From the NCBI GenBank assembly GCA_013239625.1, contig MU054032.1, positions 186,001-250,000 on the forward strand: a DNA stretch of 64,000 nucleotides, written 5' to 3'. The notes under the pieces are model-generated. The model did no database searches and was not told where the DNA came from. It worked only from the letters and a program-made list of their open reading frames with translations. This DNA is from Lama guanicoe. Lineage: Eukaryota. This document shows, one piece after another, positions 37,892 through 51,639 of the stretch. The translations under genes were made by a program, and so were the position numbers. The stretch's first letter is position 1; every line of letters starts with the position of its first letter.

Positions 37892-38953
37892 CTTTAATTA
37901 CACAAATTATTTTTACTGGACCCAGTCCTTCTCTTTCTCCCCTAGCAGCATCTAGCTGCATCACCATCATAAAGGGAGAATAAGATGGAACCACAGAGTC
38001 AGACAGAGCCCAAGCAACACATATTTCACATACATACTCACTCACCCCACTAGGTTTTCCTCAGCTACCAATACTGCTTTAGGTTACGTGTATTCTGCCA
38101 GGGGAGGCAAATGGGTCTGAGCAGGTCTCAAAATGGACTGTGTAAGACCTCAGGCCTCCCTCCTCCCTCTAGAAGTTACAACTGTAGCAAAAATGAAGAT
38201 GGAACTTCTCAAGAATAAAGTTTCTAACACCAATTCCCTCGATAAGCCCCAAATGTCTCTTCCCCTTTGGTCATGGCTATAACTGGGTCCAATGATTCCA
38301 ACAGATTGACCAGGTGTCAGAGGTGTGCAGATTAAGGCAGATGAGCTCAGGTTTAGGAGAGCTGCAGCTGTATGGGACTGAGTCTGTAACACTAAGGTAT
38401 TGGGGAAGGACGGCTGTTACTCTGATAAGTCAGCAAAGCACTTCCTGAGGGAGCCAGAGCCCAGACTGTAAATGCTGTACAGAAAGGGCCAAATCATTCA
38501 CTGCACCACTCCTCCAGCCAGAGGTAGAAAAGATTTACTCTGGAGAGATTCGGTAGAGTCCCCAAAACAAACAAGTTACATGTGGGCAAAAGGAGGGAGA
38601 GGTAGCACAGTGAAGAATAAATTCAAACATAGCTGGAAATTAAGCCCCCAGGACTGAATACAGTCTGTGAAAGACCAGGGTACAGGGAGGCAGAGAGACT
38701 GAAGGAAGCAAGTCAGAGAAAGTACATTCATGACAGCCTAGGAAACTAGCAGTAGTGTGGGGGAGGAGAGAGGGTGGCTGTATGCCTAGCTTTCACAGGG
38801 TAAGGGAGTGGAAGATGACTAAGATATTGCACAGAAAGACCCGACACTGAATTGTGGGAGCTAGCGGTTGCTTGGGGAACAGTTAAAAGGTTTCTGACAC
38901 TTAGAGCGGAAGACTGGCCAAGAGCGTGATTAGGTACTTCAGCAATGGACATA

Positions 38954-39492
38954 CTAGAGGCCTTCAGGCACCTCAAGCCCTGAGTGGGTCAGCAGCTCTC
39001 CATCCCAAAGGGCAAAGGCAGGCACCACTGGACCCCGGAAATCTGTCTGTAGTGTGTGGACCACAGCAACCCGGCTCACATCCACCAGGCTCAGCTTCTG
39101 GGCCTCATACTCCAGCAGCAGCCCCACCTTCTCTGGCTGCCCAATGCCCTCAATAGGGGCTTTCTCTTTGGCGAACATGGTGTGCCACTTGCGCTGGGCA
39201 TAGGTGAACACCCAGGAACGATCGTCAACACCAATGCAGCTATCCCGGGACATGTCCACATCTGCCACTCCTATTCGGAATTGCTGGGAGCGCTTCACTG
39301 TCACCTCCCAGTAGTGCCTGCCACTGGTGACCGCGGTGTCTGCCAGCACCACTGCCCACTCCCGGAATCGCTCCACATTCAGGGCCAATTTTGTGGGCTC
39401 CAATCCCACCATGCCATATTTGACACCTGTGTCACCTCTGAAGAGTACCAGGCTGCTGTGGGCGGTCTTTTCTTCCAGTTTGAAACTGATGC
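38954..39492 (-). CDS. SPRYD4: SPRY domain-containing protein 4, exon 2
   Basis: Acceptor gcag|GC; ISFKLEEKTAHSS...SGRHYWEVTV...FRGPVVPAFALWDGELLTHSGLEVPEGL*. With exon 1 the CDS is 624 nt = 207 aa. Confidence 0.97.
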
Positions 39493-39866
39493 CTGCGGGC
39501 AAAGCAAAGAGACGGGATAATGACGTGGGCTGAAACTCCGGAAATAGGGACAAAATACATACCCCGATGTTAAACATTCAGTCATGAGATTACAAGGAAA
39601 CACGGGAAAGTGAGAATGTCAAGCCGGCGAGAAAGTGGGAGCGCTTTAGTATGCGCAGCCCAAGGAGCCGAAAAGCTCGGACTGGGGAAGCCCTGGTATT
39701 TAAAGAAACCAGAGAGTGTCCTAGATTTAGAATCTTAAGACCAACGCCGATGGGGGAAGGAGAATGAGTCGAAGGGGCTGGAGTTGTTTCTCCGAGTGGG
39801 CTCCAGCCAGAATAACAGACGGAAACTATTTTGAAAGTAAAAGAGAGTAAAAGGATCTAATCCTAC

Positions 39867-39951
39867 CTCTGCGGGCTTCCGCGGCGGCAACTCCCAATCG
39901 TTTGGCTCCCCAGCGGCACAGGCACAGCGAGCGTGCAAAGGGCAGCGCCAT
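39867..39951 (-). CDS. SPRYD4: SPRY domain-containing protein 4, exon 1
   Basis: MALPFARSLCLCRWGAKRLGVAAAEARR, donor G|GTAGGA; basic presequence-like N-terminus. Confidence 0.95.
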
Positions 39952-40120
39952 CTTGCAGCACAGATGAACAGGGCCCGCCCCCCGGCCGAGACCCCGCCGT
40001 CTGCCCGCCTGCTCCCCTCGCACGTGGTGCGCAAGAGGCTGCCGCGCAGTGTGATGACGTGAGGGAGCAGCACCCCCGCAGGGAGCCGCCATTTTCGTGA
40101 ATTCTGTTCTGACTCCACCC
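39870..40120 (-). promoter_or_regulatory. SPRYD4 CpG-island promoter
   Basis: CpG-rich; E-box CACGTG 40021-40026, TGACGTG 40055-40061, YY1-type GCCGCCATTTT 40085-40095. Confidence 0.75.
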
Positions 40121-43100
40121 GCAGTTGATAGTTTATTCAATTTTTGTGCAAAGAGGAATGCTGCCCACATTTTAACTAAATAGGACGTTTAAAGAGATGG
40201 TGTAGCAAGACAGTTAAAAGTATAGATTTGAGTTAAATAATAATTGGATTCGAACCCTGCACCTCTGTGTGACTTTGGGCAAAATCAGTTCTCTGAGGCT
40301 GCGTGTTCTCATTTGTAAAACAGAAAAATGTCTAGCGGTCAGACTTAGGTAAAAGTTAAACGAGAGAATAACCCGAATACATAGGCAGTTAGCAACCACT
40401 GGGTAAATGGCAGTTCTAATAAATATTAAAATGCACAAATACTATAAATGTTGGTTTTCTGTTTTCAGGGCCAGCAATGGAAGATTTGACTCAGTACTTG
40501 GTTTTCTCAGTTTACTCTCCAAATACCACTATTTTGGTTCAGTTCAGAATGGAACAGTTACGAGGTGGGTGGTTATGGAGGGCCTACATTTTTAACATTT
40601 TGATTTGCTTGAGGCTCTGTATCCTTGCTTTCTAAGTTTTTCAAACTATCCACTTCTCAAGGCTCTGCTGGCCAGCCCAGTATCAGCATCCCCTCTCCGT
40701 CCTCTCCTCCCTCGAAAAAGTGATCTCAGGACTTTAATAGCCTAAAATATTAACCAAAAATTCTTCCCTTACTGGAGAACTCCAACCACTGGTCCTGTGG
40801 AGATGTCCCTAGTTAAGGCCACTGTCATCCTTCACCTGAATTGGGGCTTTCCTGTTTTAAATGTGGTAATGTGGTCGCTTCTACAATGGACACCCAACTT
40901 CCATTTGTCTGCTTTAAATCCAATGTCCACACTACAGTCAGAGTGATATTTTTAAAATCACAAATCTGATCATGCCACTCCTCTACTTAAATCTTTAAAT
41001 GTGCCTAGAATATGTATATATGTATATATGTAGGTATAACTTAATCATTTTGCTTTACATCTGAAACTAACACAACATTGTAAATCAACTATACTTAAAT
41101 TAAAATTTTTTAATCTTTTAATGTACCTGCATCAAATTCCCTTGCATTGTCATAAGACTACATAATATGACTACTGCCTACCATCTTCATTCTTTCTCAC
41201 AAAACACAGCCCCTCTTTCAAAGTGGGAAGAGATAGATGAGAATATTGGCAGCTGCATTATGATGCACTACATGCTATGACTGAAGTGATGATAGGATAC
41301 TCAGGAAGCAAAGGAGAATCCTCTGATTGAGTACTATATGAGGGAGTGTTAGAGACTTCTCAGATGCCATAGCTATGGCTTGCAAAGTGAAAATGGTTAA
41401 GTAGATGAGGGAACCCCAGTTTGCTCAAGATCTTGGCCAATGTCTTCTCCTTGAATATACATATTTTCTCTTGACTATCCCATTTACACTGGTGGAGTCC
41501 ACAATCACCTATTGGAGAAGAACTCTCAAAATCTCTACCCCGTATTTCTTTCCTGAGTTCCAGATCTGTATATCCAACAGCCTAGTGACATTTCTACCTG
41601 GATGTACCCCAATCACCTCAAATGTAACATATCTAAAGCTAATTTTGCCTTCTTACACAAACTTCCTCCTCCTGCGCCTACATTACCTGACTTGAACTGC
41701 AACACATAACTAGACATTTGCCCAGCCAGGAACGTGGAAGTCCCTGACTTCTTTGTCTCCCTCACTACACATATGTGATTGTCATTAAACCCCTATCACA
41801 TTATTTCTCCCTTGGACTGCTGCATTGGCCTTCTAACTGGTCTCCCATTCTCCCCAGTGCTGCTGAGGGAACACTTAAAGAGGCAACTATCTCACCCACT
41901 AAGTTGGGAATTCTCAAGAATGGGGATAAAGTACATTGTCCCCTGTGCTTCAGGGCCTCGGTGTTCCCCTTAGTACAGAGTAAGTGTTCACTGCTTTTGA
42001 ATGACTAAATGAGTGAGTAAAAAGGGAGTTTTATACCATCATTCTGGGCATGCAATGGCTCATTCCTTCCACCAGGAGTCAGCCTGTCCCAGCCTTTTCA
42101 TCCCACTTAGTATGTGAGAAGAGAGGTTTCTACTCTTTTCAAACCTAGGAGCAAAGTCATGAAGGCGACGTTTCCTTCAGAAAAGTCCAGCTTTGTCGGT
42201 ACTTTGCATTTTGGTAGTAATGAGAGAAAAGTTTCAGGCTTATGCTTCTGTAGGGTTTCTCCTTAGGTTCCACCTTGGTCCTGAGAGCTGGAACAATCAC
42301 TGGTTCCAGCTTTTACAGACTGAATATCCATCTGATAAGTCAATCTTCATTCTGATGATTTATCTGCCTCGTTGCTCGTGAACAAGTAATTAACTCTTAA
42401 CATTTCCAGGCATAGTAATTAGGAAATTATAGAATTTTACTTGACAGACAAAAGAGGAAAAGATATTAAAGGTATAGGGAACAGCTTAGGCTAAAGCACT
42501 GGGTTATGAAACAGAGTGGGTGCTTCAGGAACAACAAGAAGCACAATATTGCCAGAGTCTCATGCTAAAGAGATAAGGAGAGCAGTTGGAAAAGCTGAGG
42601 CTGGATTATGAAGAGTCGTGTATCCCATGGTAAGAATGTCTTTCAGGCATTCAGGAGCTATTGAAGGGAATACAGAGAAATGACAAATTACCGGTACTTT
42701 TATAAAGATAAAGCTGCCAGCAACATAGAGAATGAATTGGAGGGGATGAAACTAGAAACAGGGTCAAGCAGGTTCCGAGGCCACTAGAGTTCTCACATGA
42801 GACATGGTGTGGGCTCAGCTATCTAAGAGGTAGAATTGATGGAACTTTGGTGACTGGTTAGATGGGAGTGAGAGGAAGCTGGAAGGAAAGTTGATTCATA
42901 GGTTTCTCACTTAATGAGGGGATACAGAAGAAAAAGCATATTTGGATGGGGAAAGATAATTAGTACAGTTTTGGACAGGCTGAAGTTGAAGTCTATGGAA
43001 CATTCAGGCGAAAATGTTCTATAGATACATGGATAAAAATTTCAAGGGAGAGGTAGATGTAGGTGAAGTTATCCAAGGAGAGGGTGTAAACTAGAGTAAG

Positions 43101-45494
43101 TAGGGAATAAACTGAAGGTGCAATCCTAGGGAATATCAGTATCTGAGATAACACATATCAGGTGCTTAGAACAGGACCTGACCCATAGGGAGCACTGGTC
43201 TGCTGGCTTGGGGTTGTATCTGACTCCACAGGAAAGAAAACGGAGAAGGAGGCTAGGACAGGATGGGCCAGTCTATTTACTCTGTTTCTTGGATTAGCCC
43301 ATTTCTACCATGTGGGGGCCTGGATCTGATCCAAGTGCTAACTGGAGCCCTTAACTATGAGTGGGAGCGGGATGATGCACTCAGAGCTTGGTGATTGTTC
43401 TGGACTTTGCCAGGAGTCAGCAGTCAGCAAAGCATAACCAGAGAAAGGGAGAGAACGGGGGCCCTCAGGAGCTAGCCAAAGGGGCTGCTAGGCTAGCTTG
43501 TGCTGTGCTGGGGCCTTTGTCCTACTGAAACTGTCCACACAATGGAGCTGCGTTACATGCTGACCTAGCATTCTGGCTACGGGGCTGGGATAGAGATTCC
43601 ACGTGGTGAAAACAGAGATGGATGGTCACCCAGCCCCTCAGGACCATGTTGCTATTCAGCCACATTGTAATTTCTATAGAGGGTGTTCAATACTTGATAA
43701 TCATAAATTATGTTTATGTCTGATTAATTCATGGATCCGTTCATTTATATGTTGATTTAAGGCAGCTAACTTAACATGTGTGTATTGCTCGGGCATATTA
43801 TCTCATCTGATCCTCGTACAATCCTGTACGATCAGCAAGAGAGCTATTTTCATGAAACTCAAATCTGAGTTATTCTTTAGGTCCTAGAGCTATGGGCTGG
43901 CTAGGGAATAGCTTCAGAAAGGTAGTGAGCTGGTCCTGGACAACCTCACAAATGGCTGTAGTATTTGGGACCCACTGTGGAGAAATGAAGCAAGACGAAG
44001 AGCTCTGCCTAAAGATTCCCTAAGCTTTATAGACTCACTTGCTCCCTACTATTACGGATTATGCTTCCTAATGGCACCTTTCTGGGACAGAGAGGGGGCC
44101 TTCTCTATTGAAGGGGGTAGTAAGCTTAGGATCACTAGCCCCAGGAATATAAATAGGTTGAAATGTTGATGGTTAGTAAACCAAGAGAAAACTTAAGTGT
44201 AGAGATAGATGAGACTCCAGGATGACTGCTACTACAAGCCACTAAGACTTACGATAACTTTGTAACTACCCCAAGTTTGTTATTTTACAGATCCCATTTC
44301 TCCATTTCCATAGTTCCTAGTGGAAAAAAAAATACTTCAAGACTTTCTGTATGTTTACTTAAGTCCAGAAGAGAGGAAGGTGGAGAATCTAAAACTAAAC
44401 TTTGTTGGCAACCTCTGAAAAGAACCCCAAGTACAAGAATGGAGTCAAGTGATAGCAAAAAAAAGTGAACAAACTAGTCAGAAAAGACAAAGATGAAATG
44501 GGGTGTGTTCTGGGTGATCCCAGGAGTGCTGACCTCAGGAATCCCCTGCGCTCCCAGGCAATTCCTCAAAGGCACTTTCCTTTGCCAGTTCCAGAGGTCC
44601 AGATGCCATTCGGCACTGGTACCTTCCCGCTGGTTGACTCAGTTTCTGGTGAGGGATGGGAATGACCTTACCTTGCCTTCCCTGGAATTCTTCTCATTGT
44701 CTTCCAGATAGAGCCTCACTTTGGCTTTCCTCTTTACCTCTCTGGCTCCTGAAACCCAGGTTCATAAAAGATGATTAGGAAGTGAAAGAATGAGTCTCTC
44801 CCTTCACTGTGAGCACCTCTGGTTGACAGAAGATGTTATAAGCTCCTTCTCCTCATTCAGCAGGCCTGGGGCCAAAGGGCTAAAGAGAGAGAGAAAAGGG
44901 CCACGGCTGGAGAGAGTGGATACCTAGGTGTGAGGATGTGTGAGTACAAATGTCCAGGGCTCCCTTGAGGAGGGCACTGCCTAGGGGACGGGGTGGCAGG
45001 TTGAGGAATGAGGCTCCTCTATTGGCTGAAGGAAGGAGATGAGGGTTGTTCCCTGACACAAGAGTGTAGCTCTCATCTCTGGCTGCCTCTTTCTCTAGGG
45101 TAGGTGCCTGAAACACTTGCTCCTCACCTCCCAACCCCACTCACCTAGACCTGATCTGGGAGATGAGAGTCCTGCAGAGAGGGACTTTTATCTATAGACT
45201 CCACCCTTCTCCCACTGAAGCCAAGCCCTTTCCCCTTCTCCACTGTTGAATCCCAGTCCAACCAAGTGAGGCCTTATTCTCTGACCACCCCCTTATTCTG
45301 TCCCTCAGTCCTTCTTCCTTCCTTTCACTTCAGGTGCTTAGGGGTCAGCGGGTAAAGAATGAAGAGTCTGAGGCCTGGTGGGGAGAGTTTGTTAAAGGGG
45401 AGGGGAACAGAGAGAGGGTGAGGAGGAGGGAGTAGGAGAGCAGAGGAGAGGAGACAGCCTGATCTTGCCTTCCCTTCCCCACCCTCTCTCCCAG

Positions 45495-46271
45495 GACTTG
45501 AGGAGCCAGTGGTTTTGGAGACAGGTGCTGGCTGAAGGTCTGGACACCCTGAATTTTGTGGGGTTTGTCCTTAGGGCCTCGTGCCTCAGTGGGAGCTCCG
45601 TGTCAGGCACAGTCCCTCACCCCCAGCCTGGAGAGCTGCTGGTGGAGAGCCTGGCACTGGTTTTTGATGAGGTCAGTGAGGCCCAGACAAATCCGGCCCT
45701 GACTGTGGCACTATTCTCTGCCCATTGGCTTGACTCTCTCCAGGGGTAGCCTATGTCCTGGCCTCACTCTTCTTCTACCTGGCTCTGCTCTGGGCAGCTG
45801 CAGCCTAGCTGGTCACCCAGGTAGGCAGAAGGCCCCCTCCCTGAGTAGGGTGACACTACGTAGGTAATGAGGGTGGATGACTGATAGGGCATTAAGGAAT
45901 GAACAAAAGAGGGGCTAGCCCTGCTCTGTGCATCCTGTCGTTATGCCACTTTCAATATGATTGAAATAGGCCAATGAGTTAGGCTCAGCAACTCAGGAAT
46001 TTGGGTGACTCATTGCAGATCCTTTGCTCAAATCTTCCTTGGTAGCTAGATGATGGGGTCTGTGGGCCAATGGGAGGGATGCATGTGTTCTCTCACCCCT
46101 TGTCCTAGCATCACTTGTCCCTTCTAGGCGAGCAGGAAGAGTTATGTAGGTCAGGGCCTGGGCATGGAGTTTTTCTCCACTTTCCAGTTGGTACTCACCA
46201 TGTTTGCTGGGCTTCGCTGGCAGGTGGACCAGGTGGCCTGGCAGTGGGTTTCTCGGTGACCTGAAGCACTG
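45495..46271 (+). pseudogene. Aquaporin pseudogene remnant (probable AQP14 relic); exons 45495-45820 and 46128-46271
   Basis: cag|DLRSQWFWRQVLAEGLDTLNFVGFVLRAS...LVFDEVSEAQTNPALTVAL (NPA at 45690-45698), then a frameshift into VAYVLASLFFYLAL...*LVTQ|gtagg. Second exon tag|[27 protein letters not shown]...[10 protein letters not shown]...|gtatga. Tandem with MIP. Confidence 0.85.
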
Positions 46272-46292
46272 GTATGAATAAGAACCCCACTC

Positions 46293-47140
46293 AGAACCCT
46301 CTTACACTGTTGGTGGGAATGTAAATTGTTGCAGTCATTATGGAGAACAGTATGGAGGTTCCTTAAAAAACTAAAAATAGACTTACCATATGATCCAGCA
46401 ATCCCATTCCTGGGCATGGATCTGAAGGAGACTCTAATTCAAAAAGATATGTGCACCCCAATGTTCATAGAAGCATGACTTAAAATAGTCAAGACATGGA
46501 AACAACCTAAATGTTCATTGACAGATGACTGGATAAAGAAGATGTGAGATACACACACACAGACACACACACACACAATGAAATACTACTCAACCATAAA
46601 AAAGAATGAAATAATGCCATTTGCAGCAACATGGATGGACTTAGAGGTTATCATATTAAGTGAAGGAAGTCAGACAGAGAAAGACAAATAACATGATATC
46701 ACATATGTGGAATCTAAAAAAATTACACAAATGAACTTATTTACAAAACAGAAAGAGACTAACAGACATAGAAAACAAACATGGTTACCAAAAGTGAAGG
46801 AGGGGAGGGATAAATTTGGAGTTTGGGATTAGATACAAACTACCATATATTAAACAGATAACCAGCAAGGGCCTACTGTACAGCACAGGGAACTATATTC
46901 AATATCTTGTCATACGTCTAATGGAAAAGAATCTGAAAAAGAATAAATTTATATATATATATANNNNNNNNNNNNNNNNNNNNNNNNNNNNNNNNNNNNN
47001 NNNNNNNNNNNNNNNNNNNAAAAACTGAATCATTTTGCTGTACACCTGACATTAACACAACATTTTAAATCAATTATACTTCAATTGAAAAAGAAGAAAG
47101 AGTTGAAAAAAATAAGCAAAAAAAAAAAAAAGAAAGAAAG
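46293..47140 (+). mobile_element. LINE-1 3' end with poly-A, containing an assembly gap
   Basis: L1 3' ORF2/UTR motifs matching the 8730-9433 copy; (CA)n run; A tail ~47087-47140. Confidence 0.92.
46964..47019. other. Assembly gap (56 N)
   Basis: Run of n following a (TA)n microsatellite. Confidence 0.99.
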
Positions 47141-49309
47141 AACGCACCCATACAAAGCAGCAGGCTTGGGGAAGGCTGGATTCCACTCCTCAAGGGGAAA
47201 CACAGCTTTTTTTTTTTCCTTTCAAGAGTCTAGTCTATCAGAAAATATTGTGTATGCTAATTATATGTAAATATATGCAAAATACCAGGTTTTGAGACCT
47301 CACCTCTAACTTGAAATTTGGTGTTTACCTAAGTTGGGAGGCTGCTGTGAAAGAAAATGGGCTGGGGTTCGGTTCTCCGTAAGGTTCTTATCAACATTTG
47401 ATAAGGAGTAAAGGGGAAAGGTTGGTAGCTTCAAATAAGGAAATCTGTTCATTTGGTGTTTCCGCGGGCACGACATTAGCTGCTCTTTGCTCCTTATTCT
47501 AAGAGGCCATGGGGTCTATGGTTAGGGACAATCCCTTCCGACTGACACAGCCCTCATCAAATGGCTCCTATTTGTTAAGTGCTTTATTCTGTGCCAGGCA
47601 CCATACTAGCCCTGTACCTACTTTTTCTTTGATCCAGAGTAAACTGAGGCTCAGAGAGCTTGCATTAATTTATTCAACAAATACTCATTTACTGCCCACT
47701 GTGTGTCAAGCACAGGGTTTGCAGTGGTGGACAAATCGACAAATCCCTGCCCTCCTGGAGTTTATATCTAGTGGGGATAATGTCCCCGCCTAGAAGATGG
47801 GAAAGCCAGGGCTGGGTTGCTGCTGTTCGTTATGGATTTCAAGTGCAGAGAATATTCCTTTGTTCATGACATCCCCCTCTCATTGGCCTATATATGGCTC
47901 CAACTTATTTTTTTTTGAATAATTAAGCGTCATTATTAACCATCTACCCAACAGAAAAACTAGAACCTTGAGAAGCACTTACAGAAATCTGTACTTATGT
48001 ATGTAAATATCCCACTTCATCCCCTCGTCTCCCCTAACCTAAGGTAAACACCATCCTGAATCCTGTGTTTATCATTCTTTGTTTTCTTTTTTGTGTAGTT
48101 GCATGTCATATATATGTGTTTTGAAAAGCATATTTTTATTTTAGATTTTTTTTTTTACTTTATGAAAAGATTTTCATGCTATGTGTAATCTTCTGGGGCT
48201 TTTTAAATGACATTTTATTGCTAAAATTTATCCCTACTATTGAGTGTCACTGTAGTGGTACCTCGTTTTGACTGCTGAATAATTTTCTGTTGTGTGAATA
48301 TACCATCGTTTATTCATCCATTCTCCTGTCGATGGGCATTTGGGTTGCTTCAAGATTTTGCTATTGTGAACAATGCTGCTATAAACAATCTTGTAACTGT
48401 CTCCTGGTGTAAGTATAAGAAAGTTTCCCTTGGGTATGTATGTAAGTGAGAAGTGAAATTCCTGGGTCAGACACCCCCACCTCCAGACCTTTCCCTAGGG
48501 ATAGAGGTTTAGGACTCCAGTGTCCTGATAATGGCCATATCAGGAGGCATCAGACCCTCCCATTGCTTCATAGCCATGACTCAGTTTCCATCCTTTCAGT
48601 ATTTTTGCTAGCACCTTGTGAGTTAGGAAAGACGAAGTACAAGCAGATTCTGAGATTTAACTACTAACCCCTCTTCCCCTGCCCAGCTCCCTGACCCCAC
48701 TCCCAGGCTGTCCATGGAAAACACTTTTTTCTGCTCTGTCTTTGTGGTTTAAAAGGCCAGGCTGAGGGCTTGGAAAGGGAGGTGCTGGCATGGGGTGGGG
48801 GTAGGGAACCCAGGCTCAGAGAAAGCCAGACGCAGCAGATCTATTCTGTCCCAGAGCTGCAGGGTCCACAGATTCCAGCCCAAACCAGCCAATGGGAGAA
48901 GGCCTTCTAAATCCCAGAGAACTAAAGAATTCTCTTCAGTTATCCAACTTCCCTGCTGGACCCCACTCCTGACCCCCTACCCCCACCCTTACCCCTGGCC
49001 AATTCAGAGGAGCCTGGAGGCCCCCTTGAGCACAGTCTCATACTCCATGAAGTGAACTCAGCTCGACTGACCTTCCAAGCAGAGTTGAGGAATGTTCTAA
49101 TATAGATGTCAAGTAGGGTGAGGAACCCCAAATTTGACATGAAAAGAAAGGCAGACTCTTCCAGTCCCCCTCTTCTTGGTCCCTTCCAGTCCTCACCCTA
49201 CCCACACCCTCACACCCATGGCTCTGCTCATCTCCCAGTGGAGGAGGGAGGGGAAAATGCAGCAGCTTTATCCGATGCATGAGGGTGGGCCCAGCCCTCT
49301 GCAGCTGTG

Positions 49310-49376
49310 AAGGGGTTAAGAGGCTGGGCCAGCCACCTCAGCCTGCCCCTCCCAGGGATTAAGAGTCCTCTATAAA
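49310..49376 (+). promoter_or_regulatory. MIP proximal promoter: TATA box and bicoid/PITX3-type site
   Basis: TATAAA 49371-49376, 69 nt before the ATG; GGATTA 49356-49361 and GGGTTA near 49313. Confidence 0.7.
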
Positions 49377-49409
49377 GGGGACTGTCCATCCAGGCCAGGG
49401 GGATATTAG

Positions 49410-50081
<672 letters not shown>

Positions 50082-50279
50082 TAAGTGGGTGCAATTATTT
50101 CTACTGTGAAGTATCATTAGGAGAAACTAAGGAACAAATACAGTTACTGTGAAGGAGGTTGTGTTGTCCTTCGTCTCCAGGGAGCTGATGCCATAAGGGG
50201 GTTCCTGCCTGGGATGCACTGAGGAGGTAAGGCTGTGGCAGCCCTCATGAGCTGCCTCCCTTCTTCTTCCTTTGCCCAG

Positions 50280-50444
50280 TTGCACCCTGGGGTGAGTGTG
50301 GGCCAGGCCACCATAGTGGAGATCTTCCTGACGCTCCAGTTCGTGCTCTGCATCTTTGCCACATACGACGAGAGGCGGAATGGCCGCCTGGGCTCTGTGG
50401 CCTTGGCCGTCGGCTTCTCCCTCACCCTGGGGCACCTCTTTGGG
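50280..50444 (+). CDS. MIP: MIP exon 2
   Basis: [55 protein letters not shown]. Confidence 0.98.
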
Positions 50445-50697
50445 GTAAGCAGGAGAGGGGAGCAACTTCTCCAGGGCCTCCAAACATTTGCTGACTTCTA
50501 AGCATTCTTCCTGCCCACGTCACTGTCAAACATGAACATTATCCACCTCCCTTGGTATCAGTCAGCACAGAGGAATCAACCCTGCTCTCTTTTCCTCTCT
50601 TGTGATGGCTATATCTAGTTCTTCCTGATCCCAAGGTGGAAAGGCATGTAACATGGGTAGATGCGGGCTTTGCCTAGGGATTCACATCAATGCCTAG

Positions 50698-50973
<276 letters not shown>

Positions 50974-51274
50974 TGAAGCCCTTCTGGAGGGGTGTGGACT
51001 GCAGGTTCCAAGTCTGGTTCCTGCTCTCCATCTGGATGTGTTGACTGCTTGGCCAGCACTCAGCTAAGGGGGCTGTCAGAGTTTGCACGCCTGTGTGAGC
51101 AGGATTCATCATTTTTCTAGAAAGATGGGCTCTTGCTCATAAGGTTCCTTCACTGGTTAGTCAGAGATTTTTACTAAGTATCCACTGGCTTCCAAAACTA
51201 GGAGGTATGAGGAAAGACTACTGAACAGGAAGACAAAAACTTCTACTCTCAGGCATCAGAGTGTGTATGAGCAC

Positions 51275-51530
51275 AAATGGTGGGGAGAGGGGGAAACAGG
51301 CAGTTGTTATTTAATGGCTATAGAGTTTCAGTTTTGCAAGATGAAAAGTTCTAGAGATGGGCTGCACAACAACATAAATAGACTTAACACTCCTCAGTGT
51401 ACACTTAGAAATGGTAAAGATGGTAAATTTTATGTTATGTATATTTTACCACAATTTAAAAGAATTTTTGAAATTAACACAACACTGTAAATCAACTATA
51501 TTTCAATTTAAAAAATTAAATTTAAAAAAA
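51275..51530 (+). mobile_element. LINE-1 3' terminal fragments in MIP intron 3
   Basis: agtttcagttttgcaagatgaaaagttctagagat...ggtaaattttatgttatgtatattttaccacaa, followed by a younger L1 tail (caacactgtaaatcaactata). Confidence 0.75.
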
Positions 51531-51540
51531 ATAAATTTTC

Positions 51541-51639
51541 GGGGGGTGGGAGATAGAGCTCAGTGGCAGAGCGCATGCTTAGCTTGCATGAGGTCCTGGG
51601 TTCAATCCCCAGTAACCCCATTAATGAAAAGGGGAGGGG
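51541..51639 (+). mobile_element. Vic-1-like SINE in MIP intron 3
   Basis: tRNA-like head GCTCAGTGGCAGAGCGCATGCTTAGC...GGTTCAATCCCC, flanked by aaataaatttt repeats. Confidence 0.85.

Noticed and set aside
38954..39577. Single-exon 207-aa SPRYD4 as shown in the ORF track
   Set aside because: The first ~28 codons are intron sequence; the true N-terminus is exon 1 at 39951-39867.
47140..49300. Remaining exons (second NPA, C-terminus) of the aquaporin pseudogene
   Set aside because: No recognisable MNPAR or YW(I/V)GP remnants found by eye; not claimed.
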